Below are positions 39,921 to 52,336 of a DNA stretch of 64,000 nt, one piece after another; position 1 is the first letter of the stretch, and each line of letters opens with the position of its first letter. A model generated the notes under the pieces. It was not told where the DNA came from. It did not search any database and worked only from the letters and a program-made list of their open reading frames with translations. The stretch is from positions 41,726,001-41,790,000 of the forward strand of contig OZ024757.1 of NCBI GenBank assembly GCA_964016885.1, given 5' to 3'. This stretch comes from Eledone cirrhosa (taxonomy: Eukaryota). Both the position numbers and the translations under genes were made by a program.

Positions 39921-40490
39921 ATCATCATCATCATCATCTCCATCATTTCCATCACCATCATCACTTACATTATCATCGTCATCATCATCACCATTTCTAT
40001 CAACATCACCATCTTCATCAGCATTATCATCACCATTCATCGTCACCATCATCATCATCACCATCATCATCATCACCATCATCAACATCACCATCATTAT
40101 CATCACCATCATCGTCATGACCATCATCATCACCACCACCACCATCATCACCACCACCACCACCACCATCACCACCATCACCATCATCATCGTCATCATC
40201 ACCATCACCATCACCACCATCACCACCATCACCATCACCACCATCACCACCACCATCATCACCACCACCACCACCACCATCACCACCATCATCATCATCA
40301 TCATCATCACCATCACCACCATCACCACCATCACCATCATCATCATCATCACCACCACCACCATCATCACCACCATCACCACCATCACCATCATCATCAT
40401 CATCACCACCACCACCATCATCACCACTACCATCACCACCATCACCACCATCATCACCACCATCACGACCATCACCACCATCATCATCAC
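39921..40490. repeat. (CAT/CAC)n microsatellite
   Basis: Read directly; source of the poly-His ORF. Confidence 0.95.
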
Positions 40491-40699
40491 CTAAGTCCAT
40501 TTTTCCCCCCTGCTTACTTGCAAATGTAAATGTGATATATAATACCATCAATTCAGTATCAGATACTGTCCTACACATTTACACATTACAATATTTAGAT
40601 GAAGGAAGAGCATGTAGCGACATCTCTATTATTTATTTGCAATGATATATGATCATATATATAATCTTAACGAAATTATTAAAACCACAAATTACACAC

Positions 40700-40820
40700 A
40701 TTTTCTATGGCTGAATATATATATATTTATATATATATATATATTATATATTTTCTATGGCGAATATATATATGTATATACATATTATATGGTAAATATA
40801 TATATATGTATTATATGCTG

Positions 40821-40862
<42 letters not shown>

Positions 40863-41120
40863 CATTTTCTTTGGTGAATATATATATACATATTCTACAT
40901 TCTCTATGGTGAATATATATATACATATTATACATTTTCTATGGTGAACATATATATATTTATATATATATATATATTATATGGTAAATATATATATACA
41001 TATTATACATTTTCTATAGTGAATATATATATATTTATATATATATATATATATATTATATGGTAAATATATATATACATATTATACATTCTCTATGGTG
41101 AATATATATATGTATTATAC
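40700..41120. repeat. Tandem TATTATACATTTTCTATGGTGAA units separated by variable (TA)n
   Basis: About 7-10 degenerate units. Confidence 0.8.
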
Positions 41121-41453
41121 AAAACATTGTTGGAGATATAATTTGTGAATGGCCAAAATAAACATACATGGCTGAGTTAAATTCCATGGAGTACAGAACT
41201 CCAAATGGTGCATTCTGAGTTAGAGTTGCACAGAGATCTTTGCAATGATGATTACGTTGCTATATGTAAAATTTATTGAATTATGTAAATAATTTATCCA
41301 GCCAACCAGAATAGGAAAATTTACATAACAAAATTTCGTGACCTCAACATAAATATTTATTTCTGCAGTATATGTGTATGTATGTCTATGTCTGTTGTGT
41401 ACCGCAGTGAAAATATTGATATGTATGTGTATATATATATTCATGCACACACT

Positions 41454-41490
<37 letters not shown>

Positions 41491-41750
41491 ATATATATTT
41501 ATAAAGGGAGAGAGAGATCTATATGAATATTGATATATCTTTATAAGTAAACTTGCATATGTAAATCTACATAAATAACAAACAAATACAAACTTATATC
41601 CCCCTCTTCAGCCACCGTCTGGTAATACAATTATGTACATTTGGGTGGGATTGTATTGTTATTATTGCCCAGTTGTACAGTACCTTTAACAAATTGTTGT
41701 AGGGGCCCCAGAAAGAAGGATAAGACAACAGAACAATGAAGTAATAGTAT

Positions 41751-41932
41751 AATTGTTTCTACTTTTTGGCACAAGGCCAGCAATCACCCAGTACATTACT
41801 GGTACTTTATTTTATCGACCCTGTAAGGATGAAAGGCAAAGTTAACCTCGGCGGAATTTGAACTCAGACCATAAGGGGCCGTAACTCTATGCGTCAAAGC
41901 ATGGCGTCCGACCCTCTACCAATCCACCACCC
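41751..41932 (-). mobile_element. SINE family A
   Basis: Family match along the whole length. Confidence 0.9.
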
Positions 41933-42018
41933 TATAATCTGTACCGGGAAATAGAAACAAGTATTTCTACTGGAACAATATACACAATTATCTTAAAGAT
42001 TTGTGAAATATATGTGTG

Positions 42019-42072
<54 letters not shown>

Positions 42073-42419
42073 AACACACATATATATATATACACACACA
42101 TATGTATATATACATACACACAAACACATCATCATCATCTTGCGTCCATTCTCCATGCTTGCATGGGTTACTCAGGTTGTCATGTTATGTGGCATGTCAG
42201 GTCCAGAGACCATGTCATGCTCATACGGATTTGCATATATATATACATTTATACATATATATATATATGTTCATATGTATATATATATAAGTTCTTTCTC
42301 CATATATGTAAATATATATATATATACACACATATTTATCGGTATATATATATACACACATATATTTATGTATATATATATATATATATACACACATATA
42401 TTTATGTATATATAGGGAT

Positions 42420-42535
42420 AGAAAGAGAGAGAGTGAATGGAAGTGAGAAAGAGATATAAAGGAAGAATCAACTCCAGTACTTGACTGGTACTTTTTTTAT
42501 CGAACTCGAAAGGATGAAATACAAAGCTGCATTTC
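42420..42535 (-). mobile_element. SINE subfamily B, 3' part
   Basis: aatggaagtgagaaagagatataaaggaagaatcaactccagtacttgactggtac..tatcgaactcgaaaggatgaaa. Confidence 0.75.
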
Positions 42536-42555
42536 TCTGTCAATATTTCCTATGG

Positions 42556-42736
42556 GCGGTGAATTGGCAGTATCGGTAGAGGGCTGGACGCCATGCTTTC
42601 TAGCATAGTTACATCCCTTTACAGTCTGAGTTCAAATCCCGCCAAGGTTAACTTTGCCTTTCATCCTTACGGGGTCGATAAAATAAAGTACCAGTAATGC
42701 ACTGGGTAATTGCTGGCCTTGTGCCAAAAGTAGAAA
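42556..42736 (+). mobile_element. SINE family A, full length with ~15-bp TSD
   Basis: TSD CAATATTTCCTATGG at 42541 and 42737. Confidence 0.93.
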
Positions 42737-42744
42737 CAATATTT

Positions 42745-42835
42745 CCTATGGGAAAAATAGTTTTGTCTCTAAACATTTTTAGTGATGAACCACCTTCAGG
42801 AACGAATTAAGTTCATAAACCAAGGTTCCACTGTA
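42745..42835 (-). mobile_element. Tigger/pogo-like DNA transposon end
   Basis: Reverse complement TA-CAGTGGAACCTTGGTTTATGAACTTAATTCGTTCC, resembling pogo/Tigger TIRs. Confidence 0.6.
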
Positions 42836-43717
42836 TTTCTTTGGAATATCTGCCTACAGATATAAAAGAGTGTTTTTCCTGTCTTCAATATCATCCACAC
42901 AAATGACACAAAAGAAATCTCAATTCAGATGAAACCCCATTTATAGCCAAACGAAGGACCACCAACAGGAGCTGGAATATATACTTTCGTTTGTTTATCT
43001 TCTGTTTTCTGTTTTCTTAAGTACACATAGAAGAACGAAGAATAGAATAGCTGTCATTTACTAAAGTATTTGTTTCACAACTCAATTATGGGGAGGAAAT
43101 GAAGAAAGCTGGTCGAAGCAGGCATCGCCATTTCCTGTGGTTTTGTTGTTGTTGTTCATTGCTGTGGTTTTGTTGTTGTTCGTTGCTGTTGTTGTTGCTG
43201 TGGTTTTGTTGTTGTCTGTAGCTGTTGTTGTTTGTTCTGAATCAAATATTATGAAACAAGTGTTGTTTATTTAGGCATTTTACATGAACATCTACTGATA
43301 TATTAATCCCACTTTACACTCATACACATGTACACACCCATTATCTCCTTATACATATATATACACACAAAAATCCCAATATATAATATATATATATACA
43401 TAATATATATTTGTATGCTGACATATGGTTGAATGGTACTTTCAAAGCAATGTTTTGCAGCCTTTCCTCTTACAACATTCAGGGATACACTGTACTTATT
43501 CTAAACTGGATACACACAACTATATATATATCTCAAATTAAAGAACGGAGTTAAAAACTCGTGATGATCCCTGTAATTTAATGGGCTTAAAGTATAGATA
43601 CCAGGCTTTTCATAATACAGTATATAGAGTCTACGTAGACTTTGTTTTTCACTCTAGTGGTTCTCTACCCCCTGTAATTGAAAACATACCTCTTTGTGTT
43701 TTCTTCTCTATATACTG

Positions 43718-43774
<57 letters not shown>

Positions 43775-43799
43775 GACCCCGTTGTAATTTGCAAGGCAA

Positions 43800-43950
43800 C
43801 CACTGTCAAGAAATGTACTCAATACATTAGTAGAGTATAGCGATATTCATTTTATTTCAGAAATGATTTCTACAGGACTAGAGCTGTTTCATTCATAAGA
43901 AATCATCCAGTTCTAGTCTTGTAGAAATCATTTCTATAATAAAATGAATA
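43800..43950 (-). mobile_element. Fold-back Penelope-like fragment turning at the hammerhead-like core
   Basis: Arms at 43844-43886 and 43908-43950. The minus strand reads CTG-GATGA-TTTC-TTAT-GAAT-GAAA-CAGCTCTA. Homologous to 20080-20200. Confidence 0.6.
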
Positions 43951-44235
43951 CATGTTTATATGTATGTATTATGAATGTAGGAATGTATTTATGTAGGTAA
44001 GTAGGTGTGTATAGAAGTAGGTACGTATATATGTAGGTGTATATGGAGGTATATATATATATATTTATATATACACACACACACACATATATTATATGGA
44101 GAAAAATGAAAGTAATACAGAATATATAGTTACAAATCTACTTTGATAGATATCTGTTCGTTCTGATATATTCCCACTAAAACTTACTATTTCTAGAAAG
44201 TTCTTTCTCCATATATGTAAATATATATATAAGAA

Positions 44236-44279
<44 letters not shown>

Positions 44280-44282
44280 AAG

Positions 44283-44336
<54 letters not shown>

Positions 44337-44940
44337 TTTGATTGGCAGTTATTGTAGCTGAACAGATGTATATTTTTTAAGATGTATATTTTTCAAAAAT
44401 TCATAATCCCAGCATAGTACCTATTATTTTTTTCATGCGTTTTTGAACGATTTATATTTGCTTGTTTTTGTGTGGGGGGGGGGGGGCTAGAGGAGGGGGT
44501 TCTGTCTTGTTTATTGCCAAAAACATCTCATTTTGTTTTCTGTTGTTTTGTTTGTTTGGTTTGTTTTTGTGTGTGTTTTTTTTTTTATTTCCCAGTATTT
44601 TCTTCTTCTTCTTCTTCTTCTTCTTCTCATTTAGTAACAAATAACTTCCATTTATTTTTTATTTTATTTCTTTACTGAGTTATTTAAAAATGAATCCCTA
44701 ATAGAAAGAAATGAGAAAGAAAATTAAAATTTACAAACTGCACCATTTTATTTATAAACTGTATATAAACAAAGATGACTGAGGGGAAGACATGAAAGAA
44801 TACATAATGCTAAAGATATATATGATATATATATATACTGTTTATATATAAGGATATATATATAAAGATATATATATATATAAAGATATATATATATGAA
44901 TAATTGTACTTGTATATTCATAAGTTTATGTAGAGAAAAG

Positions 44941-44971
<31 letters not shown>

Positions 44972-45141
44972 CTTGTTAAAGAAATCTGTGTACATATGCA
45001 TATGTATCATGGTATTTAATTGTATAGATATATATGTGTGGGTATATATATGTGATTATATATGTGTAACTGATTATAAATATTTTATATTTTGCATACA
45101 TTTGCATACATAAAGATGTATTTATATATATGTGTATATAC

Positions 45142-45172
<31 letters not shown>

Positions 45173-45223
45173 AGTGTGTATGTAATGCGTGTGTGTATGT
45201 AACGTGTGTGTATGTATATATGA

Positions 45224-45277
<54 letters not shown>

Positions 45278-45619
45278 AGAGAGAGATTCTCATCATAATC
45301 TTTCTATTTTTCCATTTTTGTTTTTTTTCCAGTGTTTGTATGAATAAGAATTAAATTATTTTTTTGAACAGAAATTGTTTAAAATTTAAATATTAGATTT
45401 CAGTTCAATTATTATCATCATTATTATTTGTTTTATTATTATTACTACTATCATTATTATTACTATTATTATTATTATCATTCATTATTATTATTATTAT
45501 TATCATTATTATTATGTTCAGTATAAAAACTATGCAGTATTGTTATATTACCTCTCATCCTTGCTTCTCCTACTTACTTTGCGTAAGTTAAAAAGGATTC
45601 AGCAGAAAATATTTAATAA

Positions 45620-45652
<33 letters not shown>

Positions 45653-48007
45653 TAATAATGTAGAGGAGGTGAAGAAGAAAAAGAAATGATAAAGGTGGTG
45701 CATAAGATATGTATAGATATATGCATATATGTATATAAATGTACATACACCAAATACACAGTCATACATATATATATGATGATATATAAATATATATATA
45801 TAACGATAATTTGTTATCCCATATATATATATATTTATATAGACACACACATATAGATATATACACACACACGCACACACATATATATATACACACACAT
45901 ATATATAGAGACATATATACATAAATCAATATATATATATATATATAATATGTATGTATATATATGAAAAACCTTCCACAAAAAAAACTGCTGTGAGTTT
46001 GAGATTAAATTGAGCATGTATATGTTTTCCTCGCAATATTTTTGATATTAACAACTTCCATTTTGGATCTTTCCCTCCACCCCACCATCCCCCAAAAATA
46101 ATAATACCTCCAGATATTTTAATAATATTGTTATTGCGATTATATAGTTTTTTTAGAAGGTGGGAGGTGGGTATAGTGAGGTTGGAGAGGTATTGGGTGG
46201 TGGTGGTGCTGAGTATAGTGAGGATGAAGAGGCATTGGGTGGTGGTGGGTATAGTGAGGGTGGAGAGGCATTGGGTGGTGGGTATATTGAGGGTGGAATA
46301 GAGAGGGGGGCTGAGACTGTGGAAGGAGTGAAGGTGGAATGGAGACAGAGTAGAGGTAGTGGCGGGCTGTGTGGAGAGGGGTGTGGAAGAGTCTGTGTGG
46401 AGGGGAGTGGTGTTACTTAAGAGACATCTACCTGTATATTATCTCTTCTCTCCTGTTATCTTAGTCTACCTTGCTCTAACATCATATGTCTCTCTTCTTC
46501 ATTCATTTCCTCACATCTCTCTCTCTACACACAATTCATTACAATTACGTGTATACATCTGTTGTATACGTCTGTTCTTTGATTTTGCCCTTTAACTTAG
46601 CAGTTCGACAAACAGAAATCAATAAATTAGATACCAAACTTCAAAAATTAAGCACTGGTATCATTATGATCGACTAAAGATATGATTATAAATAAGCTGC
46701 TCTTGAAACCAATAGTATGATAAAAAGAAATCAATGTCTCTTCCACTGTTCAACTTTGGTTTTCTTACTTCTATCTGAGACGGGTAGAGTTTATTCTCCT
46801 AAATAACTTAGGGAAGTTATCTATAGATAATGGAGACAACCACAGAGATATGGTCCGAACATGGAAGAACTGAACTCCCTCTGTCATCGCCTCCATCTCT
46901 CTGTATGGTGAGCAAATATAAATATAAAACTGCAAACACACATACACTCACCCAAAACACACACACTTGTGTGACACAGTGTGACACTGTGTGACACTGT
47001 GTGACAAAGCTGGTCATTTGAATTACAGGTACAGTCCAATGTTTTCTGATTTAAGCACAAGGCCAACAATTTTGGGGGAGGGGAAAGTTGCTTAAATCAA
47101 CCCCCAATGCAATCTACATCTCCATTCATTAATATTAATTAATATTGCTACAGTTATACCTGGCCCTTCATTAATTAACAATCTACATTTCTAATCATAT
47201 AAAAACAGATAACAGTAATTTATTCGACGAAGCAAATATAATATTAAAATACATCAATTAATTAATTATTTTGTTATTTAAAGAATTTAATTTTTAGTCA
47301 ATAAAACAAGGTAAGATGATGAATAGAAATTTATTTTTAATTTTTTTTTATATTTATTTAGTTTTAAATTCTTTTATTATTTTTTTTATTTATTTATTTT
47401 TATTTTTAATTAATTTATTTATTTTATTTTTCACTTTTTAATTTATTTTTTCATTTTTTATTTTTTTTATTTTTATGTTTTAATTTTCATTTATTTTTTT
47501 CATTTATTTTTAATTTATTTTTTCCTTTATTTTTTCCTTTATTTTTTCCTTTTTTTATTTTGACTAAATGCGAAAGTGAATTTATATGACATCTACCAGA
47601 CCGTGTAGTAATTAACGACAATTAAACCTAAATAACAGGAAGTAATTTAATGATGTTTTGGTTTTAATTCTCATATTTTAAAATTTGGGCAAAAGATCAT
47701 GTGACCATTAATTGATATCGATTTTTAAAAAAAATAAAATTTTTATTACTGAAATAAGCAGCTCACCTTACCGAGATATCAGGTGATGTCTGTGAAGGTA
47801 CTTGGCTATTCCTGTACCTTAGCCTCACTATCACTTCTGGCTAATGCTAAGAGTGTAAGTGGGTGTTGGCTTGCTTCCGGTGCCTCCTTTATTGTGATGT
47901 CTAATTAAGTGTATGAGTCTTCTCCTCCCCACTACCACCACCCACCTCTCTTTTTTTCTGTATTATTCCCCACCCCTCTCTCTCTCTTTCTGTATTATTC
48001 CCCACCC

Positions 48008-48052
<45 letters not shown>

Positions 48053-48066
48053 TATAAGTAGAAGGG

Positions 48067-48226
48067 ACATTTAATTTGTTGGAAGTCCAACAAATATAAA
48101 TGTTTATAACTGATTTAGAGCACTCAACAGTTTGCTGGAATAAATATTCAATGATATTAAATAAATGGAAACTATATTTATATTTATGGTTTTATAAATA
48201 TAGTTTCCATTTATTTAATATCATTG
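48067..48226. mobile_element. Second copy of the 37641 family, folded back at a different point
   Basis: Shares ATTTAATTTGTT..AACTGAT.TA.AGCACTCAACA..AATGGAAACTATATTTATA; perfect 34-bp arms at 48149-48182 and 48193-48226. Confidence 0.7.
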
Positions 48227-48274
48227 CATATAAATATATATATTTATTTATGTAATAAACAACATAAGACAATT

Positions 48275-48348
48275 ATTCCATTTACCACTGGTTTCACGAA
48301 GACAGACGAGCTCGACACAGACGTCTGAAATCGCTCATCAGAACCCTC
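48275..48348 (-). ncRNA. Candidate minimal hammerhead ribozyme
   Basis: Minus strand: GTT-CTGATGA-GCGA..AGACG-loop-CGTCT..TCGT-GAAA-CCAGTG-GTA-AAT; near-palindromic stem III ACCAgTGGT with a GUA triplet. Confidence 0.6.
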
Positions 48349-49678
48349 TCTATATATATGTATATATATATCCCTGAGAGTAAATAATACATTTACCATT
48401 ATGTTTGTTGGGACCATGAGACAACATATACTCTCTCTCTCCTATTTAACTGCTGTACTCTGCTAGAACAAAGTCCTGCCAAACTCTCAGATTCTCTCTC
48501 ACCCTCCCTCTCAGAGACACCACCCCCTCTCAGACACCGCCCCCCTCTCAGACTCCCCCCCCCCCCTCAGACTCTTAACAGATTTTCAGAACTGATTTAT
48601 GGATGTCTCTTACTTTTAGTTAGGATTAAATTCAAACTGTTTAGAGACAAAAGACAACAGAGAGAGAGAGAGAGGCGGAGGGAGTGGTGGAGGTGAGGGA
48701 GGGTAGTGGGGGTGGCATTGGGGGAAGGTGGTGAGAGGGTGGGGGGGTGAATATAATTCACAATCTAATATCTCTTTAACCACCACCGCCACCACAACCC
48801 ACCCACCTCCTCTTACTGCCCCCCCCCCCTATCTTTTTATATATATTTCCCCAGCCATCCACCCAACCACCCAGCCACCCACCCCTCCAGCCACCCATCC
48901 ACCCCTCTAGTCACCCAACCAACCACCCAGCCATCCACCCCTCCAGCCACCCAACCACTTCTTTCCTTTCTCGATAATAATCATGGTTTGTTGTTCGTTT
49001 GGTGGTAAGTAGATTTACAGATTTACAGAAGTATGGAGTGTTTGTTGATCAAAGAGAGAGTGGAGAGAGTGGAGAGAGTGAATGGAGAGCGGGGAGAGAG
49101 AAGAGAGAATGAAGACAGCAGAGAGAGTGGAGAGAGAGGACAGAGAACAGAGAGAGAGAATGGAGAGAAAATAGAATTTGAAAAACATTGTGTTCTACTG
49201 CCAATAGGATAACGATTTAAAGAACTCTTTGTGCTTCTTGTCAAAGTTGAGAAAAATCTCTTAATGGAATTAAAAGTCTGTAGGACGTTCCTTTAACAAT
49301 CAAAAATCACGATAAATTCTTCAAGGCTACGTTCACCATTTTTATTCTTTCAGATTGTAGCTTTATGAGTATTTGTAATTTAGATTACATTAAAGAGGGG
49401 CTTGATATGGAATACATATGCCAGAGATTAGTGTTAAATAAACACTGATAATATTTTCTTCTTCTACCTTCTTTCTTCTTCTTTCTTCCTCATCTTCTTT
49501 CTTCTTCCTCGTCTTCTTTCTTCTTCTTCTTCCTCGTCTTCTTCTTCTTCTTCCTTGTCTTCTGTTATTGTCTTCTTCTGTGTCTTCTCTCGTCTTCTTC
49601 ATTTTCCAATATACCGTAAAAGAAATAAGTTCTATCACCATCTTGATTTCCCAATGTTTTGCTTTGATTTCACTTTCA

Positions 49679-49716
<38 letters not shown>

Positions 49717-49939
49717 TTGTGTGTTTGTGTGTGTGTATGTATTATTGGAAAGTCAAAGTTAGAATAGTGTAAAATTTATTCAAAGGCTACAAGGAAAATG
49801 CATTATCTTTACTCCTTCATTGTATAGATAATAGAAATGTGTGTGTGTATATATATAAGTAATACATAAGTAATACATATATACATATATATGTATGTAT
49901 CTGAAAATAAACGGAAACAACAAAGAAAACTACACAATA

Positions 49940-50530
49940 CAATGAAGAAATATATTAGTTTGACGCTTGAAATAACAGGAAAAGATTCCTAATATTTTAA
50001 TATTTCTGACACTGGTCCTTCATGAAAAGAGAGAATGAGAAATAAGTCAGCTATTTTTTGAGTCCTGGGTTCAATCGAGGGTAACCACAGTAAATAAGGT
50101 ACTCAATACATAGCAGAGTATAAATATTAAATATAGAAATGGCTTCTACAGGACTAGCTATTGTATGTATGTATATTTATATACATACATATGCTAGTAG
50201 AGAAGGAAAGTGGGCATAAAATGATGATGATAAGAGAAAGGAAATGAGAAAGAGATAGATATAGAGAAAGGATTGATCTCCCAGGATTATCCCCCTTACG
50301 AAACCTCTCTAATATCTCAATATACACTCTGACCACCATTTTCAAAATGGCTGCCTGAACACACACCTACATATTTTCTGGAAAATATTTACCATTCCTT
50401 CCTCCTCTCAATTTCTATCTTTCTATTTCATCTTTTATTTCTCATTCTATCTTCTGATGAAGGGCTAGTGTCTGGAATGGTAAGACTCTCTTCCTGTTAT
50501 TTCAAGCATTAAACTAATATATTTCTTCAT
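49940..50530. mobile_element. Inverted pair of Penelope-like terminal fragments (49940-50045 minus, 50425-50530 plus)
   Basis: Plus copy: CTGATGAAGGGCTAGTGTCTGGAATG..TTCCTGTTATTTCAAGCATTAAACTAATATATTTCTTCAT. The reverse-complement homologue lies 400 bp upstream. Confidence 0.55.
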
Positions 50531-50694
50531 ATTTTTATATATATATATATGGTTGGGTGTAAACCAGATAAAATGGTTGGTTGTCATGTCATTGTATAAA
50601 TACTAAGATAGATGAATTTTTCACATTAAAAATGTCTAATATATTATTTTGATACCTTCTATTATCATATACAACATTTCTTTGTCTGTTGCAG

Positions 50695-50733
50695 TGTTGG
50701 ACAATTTACCTCAATAACACAACACAGGGGAAG
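50695..50733 (+). other. Candidate 39-nt micro-exon
   Basis: Acceptor tttctttgtctgttgcag, donor AAG|gtaggt, length divisible by 3, open in two frames. No homology evidence. Confidence 0.2.
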
Positions 50734-51050
50734 GTAGGTTCACAGATTCTGACAATAGTTTGGTGTTGTTGTTTGTTGTTTTGGTGTTGTTTGTGTTGTT
50801 GTTTTGGTGTTGCTTTGGTGTTGTTTGGTGGTGTTGTTTGTTGTTTTGGTGTTGTTTGTGTTGTTTTGTTGTTGTTTTGTTCTACTTATATTTATATTGT
50901 TTTCTTATTTTTTATTTTTACCTTTATGATGACAATGTATTGTTTCACCTGTTAGTTTAGGTGAGTTAATTAATAGAGTATACTGAATATCAAATTTTAC
51001 TTGTGTTTATATGTGTTTGTGTGTGACTGTGTGTATCTGTGTGTGTCTCT

Positions 51051-51250
51051 TCATCATCATCACTGTTTAATGTCCATTTTTCCACACTAGCATGGGTTTG
51101 ACAAGTTGTCCTGTTGCAAAACAAGTCAGATCTGATCAGATGATCGCGTCTTGCTCATACAGAACTGTTTCTAGCTTGGTTTCTACAGCTGGATGTCCTT
51201 CCTATTGCCAACCACATTACAGTGTGAACTGGGCACGTTTTGTCGTCTCA
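51051..51250 (-). mobile_element. RTE-A 3' end copy
   Basis: (TCA)n ctgtttaatgtccattttt..ctagcatggg...tctacagctggatgtccttccta..ccaaccacattacagtgtgaactgg. Confidence 0.8.
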
Positions 51251-51262
51251 CCTCATGGCCAC

Positions 51263-51654
51263 ACTCATGGAATGACCAAATGAGGTTTATTTTTCAACAT
51301 AGTCCCTGGAAAGAAACAATGCAGTTATTGATAAGTAGAGTTGAAATTAATGCATGCAAGATTTCACAGCTCTAACATCACTCCTTCATAGTCAGCCTAT
51401 GACCAAGATACTCTCATAGAATGACCAGATGAGGTTTATTTTTTCAACATAGTCCCCAGAAAGAAACAATGCAGTTATTATTGGATCGTCAAGTATGAAA
51501 TTTGTAGAAATTTGTAGAAGAGAAACAAATTTCTACAAATTTCATACTTGACGAATTATTATTAAGAAGAGTTGAAATTAATGCATGCAAGATTTCATAG
51601 CTCTAGCATCGCCTACTCATAGTCAGCCAATTAACTTTTCAGCCCACCCTCATA
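51263..51654. mobile_element. Mariner-like MITE, head-to-tail dimer
   Basis: Two ~150-bp direct units; right TIR reverse complement TA-TGAGGGTGGGCTGAAAAGTTAATTGGCTGAC. The matching left end is at 56732-56804. Confidence 0.65.
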
Positions 51655-52009
51655 CATATTTCAATTTTGTGTCTCTGTCACTCACTTTACAATATGCTAA
51701 TGTCCATATATATTCTCAATTAATTACCTACTCTGATATAATTGTATTAAAACAACTTCTCAGAATAGAATAACAATCATTCATAAATGATTTGTGTAAT
51801 AATTAGATTAGTGTATATATTTATATACATTTAATTACATAAATTTTGCTGAATACTTAAATTTTATTTAATTATTTCATATTAACGATCAGCTGGCTGT
51901 GTAGTAGAATATTCTAACGAGGGTTGTTTCATCTCTCAAGTAAGTTGATCACTAATAGCATATATATATAAAGATATATATATATATAGAGAGAGAGATA
52001 TATAGATAA

Positions 52010-52130
52010 GCCAGAATCTGTTCCCGTATGAGCAAGACAAGGTCAGCCGACCGGACACTGCCCATAACAGGGCAACCCGTCTAACCCATGCTAGCATGGA
52101 AGAATGGACATAAAACAGTGATGATGATGA
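52010..52130 (+). mobile_element. RTE-A 3' end copy
   Basis: atgagcaagacaaggtcagccgac..ccgtctaacccatgctagcatggaagaatggaca..gatgatgatga. Confidence 0.8.
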
Positions 52131-52211
52131 TATATCAAAGAAAGTGTGGTAAGAAACCAGGTGGACCATAACACACCAGAGTACTCGATACTTAGGGTTG
52201 TAGAGTGGGTA

Positions 52212-52336
52212 ATAGGAAAAGAGTCAGGACCACGATGGCTGGGCTCCAGCTGTTTCAACAACTAGATCCAAACAGTTCGGATTTAGCTGTTGAAATGGCC
52301 AGAGCTCAGCCGTCAGGGTTCTGACTCTTTTCCTAT
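52212..52336. repeat. 125-bp imperfect hairpin
   Basis: ATAGGAAAAGAGTCAGGACC..GGCTGGGCTC..TTTCAACAACTAGATCC pairs with GGATTTAGCTGTTGAAA..GAGCTCAGCC..GGTTCTGACTCTTTTCCTAT. Confidence 0.85.

Noticed and set aside
39705-40578. Poly-His or Gly-Asp-rich protein
   Set aside because: Pure (CAT/CAC)n microsatellite, open in several frames on both strands.
47761-47860. Possible exon ending at gtaagt
   Set aside because: The acceptor lacks a pyrimidine tract and the peptide is unrecognisable.
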